26,824 nt of DNA from Fonticula alba ATCC 38817 (lineage: Eukaryota; Protista; Nucleariida), in assembly GCA_000388065.2 (NCBI GenBank), contig KB932206.1; one strand, 5' to 3'. Under the pieces are notes generated by a model, which worked only from the letters and a program-made list of their open reading frames with translations, ran no database searches and had not been told where the DNA came from. A program made the position numbers and the translations under genes. Shown here piece after piece: positions 1-12,863 of the stretch (its first letter is position 1; each line of letters begins with the position of its first letter).

Positions 1-1996
1 CGTGCTGTTCCGATTCCCGCCACTTGGCTCTCGCCTCCTCCCGCAAGTGGTCCGCATCCAGCGATGGTGGCGCTCGCGGCGCCCGGGGCTCATCCGTCCA
101 CCGGTACAACCCACCTCCGGCCCCGCCAGTCGGGGGGACTTCCCCCTGCAGCAAGTGGCCGAGGCCCGCGGCGCGCCCAAGTCCCTTTGCCGGCTTGTCA
201 ATGGTGCGACATGTCTGGCGTGTCCTGTCAGCCGGGTGATCTCCTGCGAGCGCTCTCTCGCCTTGTTTTTCCTCCATCCCTGGCGCGCGTGCACACACAC
301 ACAGCGTCCTGACGCATCCCCCGAAGAGACCATCCCACAGCACTTCCTCCTGGACAACACGCTGACCCCGCTGCAGGTCCGGCAGCGGTTGACCCAGTGG
401 TACGTCATCCTCTCGACCTAGATCTCCACCTCCTCCACCCGGCTTCTAACGCCCCTTTGCCAATGGAACACCGCCCCCCTCGCCCCTGGGCCGGGGTCCC
501 CTCTCCTGCCCGCCTCTCGTTCCCCCGCAACACGCGGCCGCAGCATGCGCGATGTCCTGGCCCAGATCGATGAGCGCGAGGTGGCCCAACTTACCGAGTG
601 GAATACCTACCTGAACACCATTGGCGGCCTGGCCCCGGGGCTGACGCGACACTTGCGGCCGACGTTGGTGATGGTCCTACCGACGGGCTCCGGCGCTCGG
701 CGAACCCGACGCCCACGCACCAAACCCCACTCGTACTTCACGCACCCGGTCACCGGGGGCCTGTGCTCGAACAAGCAACTGCCGAGTATGCCCACATCTG
801 CGCCCGATGCTCCCCCCTCGCGTCAGTACACTCACATTCGCCCACGCCCGACATCGCCCTCTCCGACACTGCCATCAGCCTGCGAGTCGCTGGCCTGCCG
901 GACAGACCCTCGGCCCGGGTCTGTGCAATGGGCGGTCAACATTGTGGCAGACCTGGAGCGCCGGACGCCCGGGCAGCCGCGACATGACATCGCCACATGG
1001 TGCCCGGCCACCGGGCTCATCTCCGCCCCGGAGGCCGAGACTCCCCAAGTGTCGACCTGCTCCAGGACCGCCAGCACGCCTGTTCTTTCTCCCGCCGCAT
1101 GTCCCTTTTCCACGGTCAGTCGCCGGCGCCTGGCCGGCATCGAGATGCCACCTGCGGCCAAAACAAAACCCACAACCGGGACCGAGCCCGGGACAGGCGC
1201 CGGGACCGATACCGGGTCTGAATCCGGCGCCGGGGCCGACCCCGGGTCCGGATCTGGCACCGACCCCAGGCCCGGGCCCGGTGCCGGGCCCGGGCCTGGC
1301 GGCAGGGCCATCCTGAGTCGGTCATGCATGCGACCCCTGCGGCCTCTGGCTCCCGGCGGGCAGCTGCTGGCCCTGCCGGCCGTGCTGGAAGTGGAGGTCA
1401 CCGCGCATCCGCAATTTTTGCTGTCCTCCCCCGACCAGCCCCTTCGGGCACGTCGCTTGCGCCAGCCCCAGTGGCGCGGGGCCGGTCCAGCGACCAAGGT
1501 CCGGCGGGTTGGCGAAATGCCGCCACCCGTGCCGGCTCCGGCCTCCTTCGCCTCCTCAACGAGCACCCTCTCCGCGGCCCTGGTGAGTGCGGTGTCCACG
1601 GCTGGAGGCGCATCTCGGCCGGTGTCCCCCCGGCCGGCGTCCATCCCGGCCTCCCGCTTGACCGGGTCTCTGATGGACTCCCTATTGTTGGGGGCACTCG
1701 CCACGGGTTCGGCGCCGGCGCCGGCACCTGTGCCTGTATTCGCACCAGCTCCAGCGAAAGACGCCAAGCCCACCCGAGCTGTTGGGCGTGCTGTGGCGGT
1801 TCCCCTCCGTCTTGGCGCACCCGGGGGGGTGCCAAGTGCCGGGCCATTCCGGCGCTCGATGGTCTTGGCCATCCCGCCGGATTTCGAAACCTCGCGCTTG
1901 ACGGCGGCCCTGGCCCCGGCAGCCATGCATCTGGCCGAGGCCGCCACGGCCCCTGCCGCTAGTGAAGAGCCTTCCCCCACTGCCCCGGGGCCATAG
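1..1996 (+). CDS. 3' part of a spliced gene for an unknown Pro/Ala/Gly/Ser-rich protein (start lies left of the window); IQ-like motif in the first visible exon
   Basis: Frame 2 is open from the window edge and contains VVRIQRWWRSRR (IQ-motif-like). A GTACGT donor at 400 and CAG acceptor at 541-543 join ..RLTQ-C to the 483-aa ORF 545-1996 in frame (TG|C). A probable earlier intron runs from 236 to either 304 or 340 (CTGAC branch-like site near 309). No family recognised. Confidence 0.6.
1175..1300 (+). repeat. Degenerate 6-nt-periodic coding repeat giving a Gly-rich X-G tract (TGTEPGTGAGTDTGSESGAGADPGSGSGTDPRPGPGAGPGPG)
   Basis: Runs such as accggg accgag cccggg acaggc gccggg accgat are read directly in the sequence. 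Confidence 0.7.
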
Positions 1997-2458
1997 TTGC
2001 GGTTTCGAAAGGGGGCCAAAAAAAAAGCAAGTAAAAGCCGCATCTGAATGGGGCCGCGTTGCCCACGGCATCTTGCGATCCCGCGTGCCGCCGCAATGGA
2101 CTTCCCTCAATGTGTAGACAAACGCCCAGAGGCGTTCCCCTCGTCCTTTTTTTGTCGCAAATGCACTCGGAGAAGAAGGACACACAGCGCCTGCATTCGG
2201 GACTGCGAAGGCGCCACTCTCATGTGGGCCCCCCCTTGCCCCGCTCGCGCCGTCGGCCGGACAAGAATGGCGTTGACATGGCTCCAAGCGGGATGGGGGG
2301 GGGGGGGGGGGGGGGCGAAGCAACAGGGAACAGGGGCTCTGGGTGTGGAGTGAGATGTACCATCCTCTCTCTCTCTCTCTCTGTCCCTCCCTGGAACGAG
2401 GGACAGGCGGACGCGGGGGGGGGGGGAGGATCCCAGCATTCAAACGAGGGACAAAAGG

Positions 2459-2464
2459 AAAAAA
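2459..2464 (-). terminator. Pol III terminator (T6) of tRNA-Lys copy A
   Basis: A6 on the + strand, 7 nt past the tRNA 3' end. Confidence 0.7.
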
Positions 2465-2471
2465 TATTGTG

Positions 2472-2545
2472 CGCCCACCGTGGGGCTCGAACCCACGACC
2501 CTGGGATTAAAAGTCCCATGCTCTGGCCAACTGAGCTAGGCGGGC
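2472..2545 (-). tRNA. trnK-UUU: tRNA-Lys, anticodon UUU, intronless, no encoded CCA
   Basis: The reverse complement folds as a 74-nt cloverleaf: acceptor GCCCGCC/GGTGGGC, D arm GCTC/GAGC, anticodon arm TGGGA-CTTTTAA-TCCCA, T arm GTGGG-TTCGAGC-CCCAC. A and B boxes are intact. Confidence 0.97.
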
Positions 2546-2990
2546 CAACTCTGATCGACGCACGCCAATAATGGCTTATAAATATCCTCCCTCCAACTGC
2601 CCACCGTGCCGCCAGGCTTTTGCCCCTCACCCTCGCGGGGGATTCCTCCCTCACGTCATCATTTGTGCCGGGGTGGGGGGGCTTCGCGTCATGATGGCTG
2701 CCGCGTTGTCACCTATTCCACAGGGGCGCGGCAGCAAAAAAAGACCACCAGGCACGGTGGCCAATCTCCCCGCATACGCAGCCCCCCAGCCACAGGCACA
2801 CATCCGCCCTGGTGGGGGCGCGACAGTGTCAGGCGAGGATCAGCCCACAGGGAGAGGAATTTTTCAGGTCTATTGAGGTGGGGAAGTGTTTGGAGGGGGG
2901 ATCCTCTGCAGGAAGCGAGACATGCATGTGGGGGTGAGCAGCGGACGGGCGGACGGCGAGAAATGTGTGTGTGTGTGTGTGTGTGTGTGT

Positions 2991-3000
2991 NNNNNNNNNN
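2991..3000. other. Assembly gap (10 N)
   Basis: N run. Confidence 1.
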
Positions 3001-3782
3001 GGTCTGAATCCGGCGCCGGGGCCGACCCCGGGTCCGGATCTGGCACCGACCCCAGGCCCGGGCCCGGTGCCGGGCCCGGGCCTGGCGGCAGGGCCATCCT
3101 GAGTCGGTCATGCATGCGACCCCTGCGGCCTCTGGCTCCCGGCGGGCAGCTGCTGGCCCTGCCGGCCGTGCTGGAAGTGGAGGTCACCGCGCATCCGCAA
3201 TTTTTGCTGTCCTCCCCCGACCAGCCCCTTCGGGCACGTCGCTTGCGCCAGCCCCAGTGGCGCGGGGCCGGTCCAGCGACCAAGGTCCGGCGGGTTGGCG
3301 AAATGCCGCCACCCGTGCCGGCTCCGGCCTCCTTCGCCTCCTCAACGAGCACCCTCTCCGCGGCCCTGGTGAGTGCGGTGTCCACGGCTGGAGGCGCATC
3401 TCGGCCGGTGTCCCCCCGGCCGGCGTCCATCCCGGCCTCCCGCTTGACCGGGTCTCTGATGGACTCCCTATTGTTGGGGGCACTCGCCACGGGTTCGGCG
3501 CCGGCGCCGGCACCTGTGCCTGTATTCGCACCAGCTCCAGCGAAAGACGCCAAGCCCACCCGAGCTGTTGGGCGTGCTGTGGCGGTTCCCCTCCGTCTTG
3601 GCGCACCCGGGGGGGTGCCAAGTGCCGGGCCATTCCGGCGCTCGATGGTCTTGGCCATCCCGCCGGATTTCGAAACCTCGCGCTTGACGGCGGCCCTGGC
3701 CCCGGCAGCCATGCATCTGGCCGAGGCCGCCACGGCCCCTGCCGCTAGTGAAGAGCCTTCCCCCACTGCCCCGGGGCCATAG
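3001..3782 (+). other. Duplicated 3' fragment of the first CDS (no 5' part; probably artefactual)
   Basis: Same translation as 1215-1996 and begins right at the gap. Confidence 0.75.
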
Positions 3783-4244
3783 TTGCGGTTTCGAAAGGGG
3801 GCCAAAAAAAAAGCAAGTAAAAGCCGCATCTGAATGGGGCCGCGTTGCCCACGGCATCTTGCGATCCCGCGTGCCGCCGCAATGGACTTCCCTCAATGTG
3901 TAGACAAACGCCCAGAGGCGTTCCCCTCGTCCTTTTTTTGTCGCAAATGCACTCGGAGAAGAAGGACACACAGCGCCTGCATTCGGGACTGCGAAGGCGC
4001 CACTCTCATGTGGGCCCCCCCTTGCCCCGCTCGCGCCGTCGGCCGGACAAGAATGGCGTTGACATGGCTCCAAGCGGGATGGGGGGGGGGGGGGGGGGGG
4101 GCGAAGCAACAGGGAACAGGGGCTCTGGGTGTGGAGTGAGATGTACCATCCTCTCTCTCTCTCTCTCTGTCCCTCCCTGGAACGAGGGACAGGCGGACGC
4201 GGGGGGGGGGGGAGGATCCCAGCATTCAAACGAGGGACAAAAGG

Positions 4245-4250
4245 AAAAAA
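4245..4250 (-). terminator. Pol III terminator (T6) of tRNA-Lys copy B
   Basis: A6 on the + strand just past the tRNA 3' end. Confidence 0.7.
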
Positions 4251-4257
4251 TATTGTG

Positions 4258-4331
4258 CGCCCACCGTGGGGCTCGAACCCACGACCCTGGGATTAAAAGT
4301 CCCATGCTCTGGCCAACTGAGCTAGGCGGGC
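4258..4331 (-). tRNA. trnK-UUU: tRNA-Lys(UUU), second identical copy inside the duplication
   Basis: Sequence identical to 2472-2545. The two copies may represent one real gene. Confidence 0.9.
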
Positions 4332-4748
4332 CAACTCTGATCGACGCACGCCAATAATGGCTTATAAATATCCTCCCTCCAACTGCCCACCGTGCCGCCA
4401 GGCTTTTGCCCCTCACCCTCGCGGGGGATTCCTCCCTCACGTCATCATTTGTGCCGGGGTGGGGGGGCTTCGCGTCATGATGGCTGCCGCGTTGTCACCT
4501 ATTCCACAGGGGCGCGGCAGCAAAAAAAGACCACCAGGCACGGTGGCCAATCTCCCCGCATACGCAGCCCCCCAGCCACAGGCACACATCCGCCCTGGTG
4601 GGGGCGCGACAGTGTCAGGCGAGGATCAGCCCACAGGGAGAGGAATTTTTCAGGTCTATTGAGGTGGGGAAGTGTTTGGAGGGGGGATCCTCTGCAGGAA
4701 GCGAGACATGCATGTGGGGGTGAGCAGCGGACGGGCGGACGGCGAGAA

Positions 4749-4780
<32 letters not shown>

Positions 4781-5016
4781 GTGGGGACACCACAGAGTTG
4801 GCTTCCCGAACGCACGTGCAACCAGGCGCCGCACAAAGGCAACCCACGGAGAGGGGAAAAAGCAAGAGCAAGGGGAAGGCTGGGCCGGAATGCGAACGCA
4901 ATCAGCATCAGGGCAGGAGGAGAAGCCGAACACAAGGCCCGTGCCGGGTCTTCGGCTCTCGGCCCTTCGCGCTCCCTCGGGGGGCCCTGAGCAGCCATGA
5001 CACACGACGCTGTCCC

Positions 5017-5983
5017 TTAGGCATTGGCGGCGGGCTGATCGGTCGGATCGTAGACAATGTACTTGGCACCCTCCTCGTACTGAGGGGCCACACTCTTGGG
5101 GTAGACACGCATGGGCGCGCGGTCCGGCCGGGCGAAGACGCGCACCTCGCGCGGGGCCTGCAGCGGGCCGATGTTGACGGCAAAGCGCTTGCGATCCTCG
5201 TTCCAGGTGAACTTGACACAGCCTTCGGTCAGGGCAAAGAGGGTATGATCGCGGCCCATGCCGACCTGTGTGCATGTCGGGGGGGAGGGGGGGGGGGGCA
5301 GAAAAAAAGACAAACAAACCCCGGCACGACAGTCAATAATCGAGTTGCAGTCATGGTCAAGGACAGGCGGGACAAGGAGACGGCGTTGTGACGGACATTC
5401 TCGCCGGGCATGAACTGAGTGCCGCGCTGGCGGACAATGATGCTACCGGCCTTCACCTCCTCGCCTGGCGAGAGGGCAGAGACAGACCAGGGGGGGGGGG
5501 GGGGACAGACATACACACATGTCGGCAGGGGGATGTGAGTAGATGGGCGCACTTACGCGCGGCCACAGCCACACAGACGGACAGATGCCCATCACAAGCC
5601 AGGGCATCACGCGAAGCCCAGGCAGAGAGGCAGCCCATCGGGGAAGTCCGGGGGGAAAGAGGCAAGCTCACATATACGCACCGCCAAAGCGCTTGACACC
5701 GAGACGCTGACCGGGCGAATCACGGCCGTTTCGAGACGAACCACCGGCCTTCTTGGAGGCAAAGCGCTGGGCCATCATCGGGCCAGCCGCACCGAGAGGA
5801 GCCGCGACGGCAGAAGCCAGCTGGGCCGGGCGCGAGAGCAGGCCGACCACTGTGAATGCGGAGTGAGCGAGCAGAAGGGCAAGGGGTCGGGAGGGGCAGG
5901 AGATATGGAGAGCAGTCAAGGAAGGGGCGAGCAGAAAACCACCATGGCTTCGTACCTCCGCGAGAAATGAACTGGGAGAGCAT
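5017..5983 (-). CDS. MRPL27: Mitochondrial large-subunit ribosomal protein bL27m, about 170 aa; exons 5983-5956, 5849-5682, 5464-5397, 5265-5017
   Basis: The spliced product contains the L27 signature [68 protein letters not shown]. The N-terminal extension lacks acidic residues and resembles a mitochondrial presequence. All three introns are GT-AG and preserve the frame. Confidence 0.95.
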
Positions 5984-6720
5984 GGTGCGGTGGGGTGTTT
6001 GCGTGCGCGTGTGTGTGTGTGTGTGTGTGCGTGTGCGAGCGCTTCTATGGCCGGACTTGCTGCAAGGCTGAGACCGGGGCGGGGAGGAGGAAAACGGGGG
6101 GAGGGGGGCATGATGAGTGAACACGGGCCGATGGGAGGGGAGGGGGGGGGGAATGCGGGCACACCGATGCAAGAAGGGAAGAAAAAGGACAGGCAAGGTG
6201 ACGCGCGGGATGCAGAGGGAGAAGATACCACAGGGGGGGGGGCGGGGCGGGGCGGGAGAGGGGAGGGGAGGGGAGACGGAGGGTGACAGATCCCGCGCGC
6301 TGGGGCAGCCGCCCGAGGGGGGAGCCTTTTCACCCGCCTCGAATGACATTCCGCCGGCGGGCAGAGCAAAAGGCGCATCCGTCGGCATATGCAGGGCACC
6401 ACGCGTCGGCATGCCCAAGCGTCGGCATCTGCCCCGGAGGCGCAGATCGCTCGGATCGGGATCTCCCTCGGCCGGGCAAGGACACGCGGCAAGGGAGGGG
6501 GGTGACGGGCGCCAGGAGGGCCTCCTTCCGACGGCGGCCCCTCCGTCGCCCTCGGCAGCAGGGGACCCCGGATGAAAAGCCAGCCGCCGGAGGGGACTGG
6601 CACCTTGTGCGGTGGGCATATGCCTCCTCTCCCCCCCCCCCCCTCCACTTCCCTGCCAGTCTCTACCTTCTTTCGCCCCCCCCCTCCTTCCCCTTCCGTC
6701 CCAACTCGCACACACAAACC
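5984..6720. promoter_or_regulatory. Probable bidirectional promoter region between bL27m and PRMT3
   Basis: 737 bp between divergent ATGs, with sense-strand pyrimidine-rich tracts before each ATG and three copies of CGTCGGCAT in the middle. Confidence 0.55.
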
Positions 6721-9622
<2,902 letters not shown>

Positions 9623-10595
9623 ATGCACCGCCGCCGGCCGCATGCCGACATGTGTGCCCGCACGCGGCCCTCCTCCCCAGGAGGGCCGCGTAGAGGAGGA
9701 CAAAAAGGCCGAGGGCCCTGCACACCTACCTCGTTCCCTCGGCCAACCTTCCTTTTCAAAGCTCACCATCCTCTCCCATTGTTTAATGCCACCCTGTCCA
9801 CAACAAAGCACCTTCTCCGTAGACATCTCTCCTCCGCCGGCCAGGGGGCGAGAGCACGCATCCACAAAGGATCAACACACGTTTCCTGGGCAGTCCCCCA
9901 GTGCTCGGGGGGGAATCCGTTTGGCCTCGCATCTCACCAACGCACGGGCGAAGGAGCGGTGTCGCGCTTCGTCTTCCCCATCAAGCGACACCATGTGTGA
10001 AGTGGGGCGTGTATTTCGAGGAGGAGGGGGGGGGGAGGGAGGAATATGGTACATGTTTGGGGGAAGAGGAGGAAGAGAAGGAGGAGGAGGAGGAGGCATA
10101 CGGCCCTCCTTTTTCCCCTTTCAGGCCTTCACATTGCCTCTCTTGGTCTCAGCCAGGGAAAAAGTGACACGCATGACACGTGCGACACGCACACCCTGCC
10201 GCCACTGCGGGGAGGGGGGGGGGTGGAGAGGAGAGAGAGGCGGGACAGGGGGGGAAAGGGGAAAGGCGGCGCGCCGGAGGAAATACACTCCCAGGCCGGC
10301 ATCGCAACATGGGGGAAAGAAGGGGCGCGGAGGAGAGATGGGGCTGCTTGGAGGAAGAGAAAAAGGCAATCGCGCCCCAGATGTCCTCGCCCAGGACCGG
10401 CGGCCTGCCCCTTCGCCAGGAAAGCCGAGGCAGGGGCACATCACACGGGAGAAGCAGGGCATGCACACCAGGGTGGCAAAGGGAAGGGCAGGTGAGGAAA
10501 GAGCACCGGGTGTGTGGCTCAGTCAGTGGCATCCCCTTGCTCGCTGATTTGCTGGGCTTTCGCTCGCTCGCTCTGTCTCTCGCTGGCTCTCTCGC

Positions 10596-12863
10596 TCAAA
10601 AGAAGGAGGTGGCCTTGGGGGAGGTGGCGCCGGAGGTGGCGGCCAGATCGGCCAGCTTGGCCGCCTTGACGGCGGATGGCACCGGGCGCGGGCCGGGCGT
10701 GGCGGCGGCAGGCCCGTCAGCAGCACCCGGGCGGCATGCCTGGATCTTGCTCTCCAGCAGGTCGACCGTCAGCCGGAAGGTGGCAGGCACGAGATGCAGC
10801 TCGGGCTGGGGCTCAGTCTCGCCCAGGGCCGGGCAGCTGCGGTGGGCATCGATCTCATCGAAATAGGCACGCATGGCCCGGGTCTCGGCCAGCCAGTCGT
10901 CCAGGCAAATGTGCGACGCGGCATTGAGAATGCGCTCGGCATCCGCGGCATCCGCGGCCCCGGGCAGACCGGCGAGATTGATATCCCCCGCCCGGGGCAC
11001 GTAGCCGACGAGGGACTCGGCCGCGCCGGTCTCCCCACGAGTGCGGGCCACAATCCACTCCAGCACACGCATGTTGTCCCCGAAGCCGGGCCAGATGAAG
11101 CGCCCGGCGCGCGCGGCGTCCAGGTAGCCGGGGGCCGCCGGATCGCGGGCCGCCCGGCGGAACCAGTTCACCAGGAACACGGCCGGCGGGTTGGTCAGCC
11201 GGCCGCGCATGGCCAGCCAATGCGACCAGTAGGCGGCCAGATGGTACCCGAGGAAGGGCCGCATGGCCATCGGGTCGCGGCGGAGGATGCCCGTCTGCCC
11301 GGTGCTGGCGGCCGTGGTCTCGGACCCGAGGGTGGCACCGAGCATGGCCCCGTGGGACCAGTCGAAGGCCTGCAGCACCAGCGGCACGGTGTCCGCACGC
11401 CGGCCACCAAACACCAGGGCGTCGATCGGCACGCCGGTCGGCGAGTCGGCCATCGGGCTGGCCGTCGGGTTGCGCCACATGGACACGGTGAAGCGGCTGT
11501 TCGGATGGGCGGCCGGGGTGGTGGCCGTGGCCCGGTTCCACGGCTGGCCCAGCCAGTCGATCAGCTGGTCGGGCGCCTGCTCGGTCATGCCCTCCCACCA
11601 GACATCCCCCTCGGGGGTCATGGCCACATTGGTGAAGATGGTGTGCGAGGCCACCATGGCAAAGGCGTGGGGGTTGGACGCGGCCGAAGTACCGGGGGCC
11701 ACGCCAAAGTACCCGGCCTCCGGGTTGACGGCATACAGGCGCCCATCGGCCGGGTTGGGCCGGAGCCAGGCAATGTCATCGCCCACGGTGGTGATCTTCC
11801 ACCCGCCGAAGGAGGCCGGCGGCTGGAGCATGGCGAAGTTGGTCTTGCCACAGGCCGAGGGGAAGGCCGCGGCCACATGCGACACCCGGCCATCCGGCGA
11901 CTCGGCCCCGAGGATGAGCATATGCTCGGCCATCCAGCCATCGCGCCAGCCCGCATGGCTGGCCATGCGCAGAGCCAGGCACTTCTTCCCGAGAAGGGCA
12001 TTGCCACCATACCCGGACCCGTAGGACAGGATGACATTGTCCTTGGGGAAGTGCATGACAAAGCGCCGGTCCGGGTCGCACTCGGCCACGGCATGCAGCC
12101 CGCGGCAGAAGTCCTCCGAGGTGGGGCCCAGCTGGTCCAGGGCCACCTTCCCGGCACGGGTCATGATCAGCATGTTGAGGGCCACATAGATGGAGTCGGT
12201 CACCTGCAGGCCGACCATGCTGAAGGGGGAGTTCAGCGGGCCCATCACATACGGGATGACATACATGGTCTTGCCCTGCATGGATCCCTCGAAGAGGGCA
12301 TTCATGCGGGTGTAGGCCTCGCTCGGGTGCAGCCACTGGCTGGTGGGGCCGCAGTCGCGCGGGTCCTCCGAGCAGATGAAGGTCAGGTGCTCGGACCGGG
12401 CCACATCATTGGGGTTGCTCCGGTGTAGGTAGCACCCGGGGCGCAGGGTCTGATTCAGGGGGATGAGGACCCCATCGGACACGGCCCGCTGGGTGAGGGC
12501 ATCCCGCTCGACGCGCGTGCCGTCCAGCCAGTAGACGCTGGCCGGCCGGGTCAGAGCCACCTGCTCCTGCACGTATCCCAGGATGTGGGGGTTGGTGGTG
12601 AGGGGCTGCCCGGCGCCATGGGTGAAGGAAGTGTCGGCATCGAGCATGGCACTGGGTGGCGGGTAGGGGGAGGAAGGGGCGGCGAGGGGGAGGGGGGGGA
12701 GGGGGAGAGAGTAGTGCAACAAGGCGATGTTAGCGGACGGAAGGCCGGTCGAAGGACAATCGAAGGAGCAAGAGGCCAGCGAGCGGGAGAGAAGAGGCGC
12801 TGGGAGCACGCACTAGTGGGGTTCAATCTGGACATCGGAGGCCGACATGGTGGCCTGGGTCAT
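10596..12863 (-). CDS. pckG: Phosphoenolpyruvate carboxykinase, GTP-dependent (EC 4.1.1.32), about 701 aa; exons 12863-12814 and 12651-10596
   Basis: Motifs GYGGNALLGKKC, AEHML, FPSACGKTN, VGDDIAW, NPEAGYFGVAPGT, AHPNSRF, FGGRR, DPMAMRPF, NWFR and WPGFGDN. The 5' intron has a GTGCGT donor, a GCTAAC branch site and a CAG acceptor, and joins MTQATMSASDVQIEPH-Y-AMLDAD in frame. Confidence 0.96.

Larger units (their letters stand above)
1215..2990. repeat. Copy A of a 1776-bp direct duplication
   Basis: 3001 onward matches 1215 onward at a constant offset of 1786. ORF translations are identical, as are the G21 run and (CT)9 lengths. The copy ends inside a (GT)n tract at the gap. Confidence 0.95.
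3001..4776. repeat. Copy B of the 1776-bp direct duplication
   Basis: Identical to 1215-2990 wherever I checked. It continues past the (GT)n tract into unique sequence. Confidence 0.95.

Noticed and set aside
832-2043. 403-aa minus-strand ORF (and its copy 2870-3829)
   Set aside because: Antisense shadow of the GC-rich plus-strand CDS; no start context or domain.
10794-12428. 544-aa plus-strand ORF
   Set aside because: Antisense shadow of PEPCK caused by GC3-rich codon use.
10596-12809. PEPCK as a bacterial contaminant, or as a 737-aa unspliced ORF starting at 12809
   Set aside because: It is contiguous with intron-rich eukaryotic genes with no nearby gap and has a canonical spliceosomal intron. 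The 12809 start is a GTG inside that intron.
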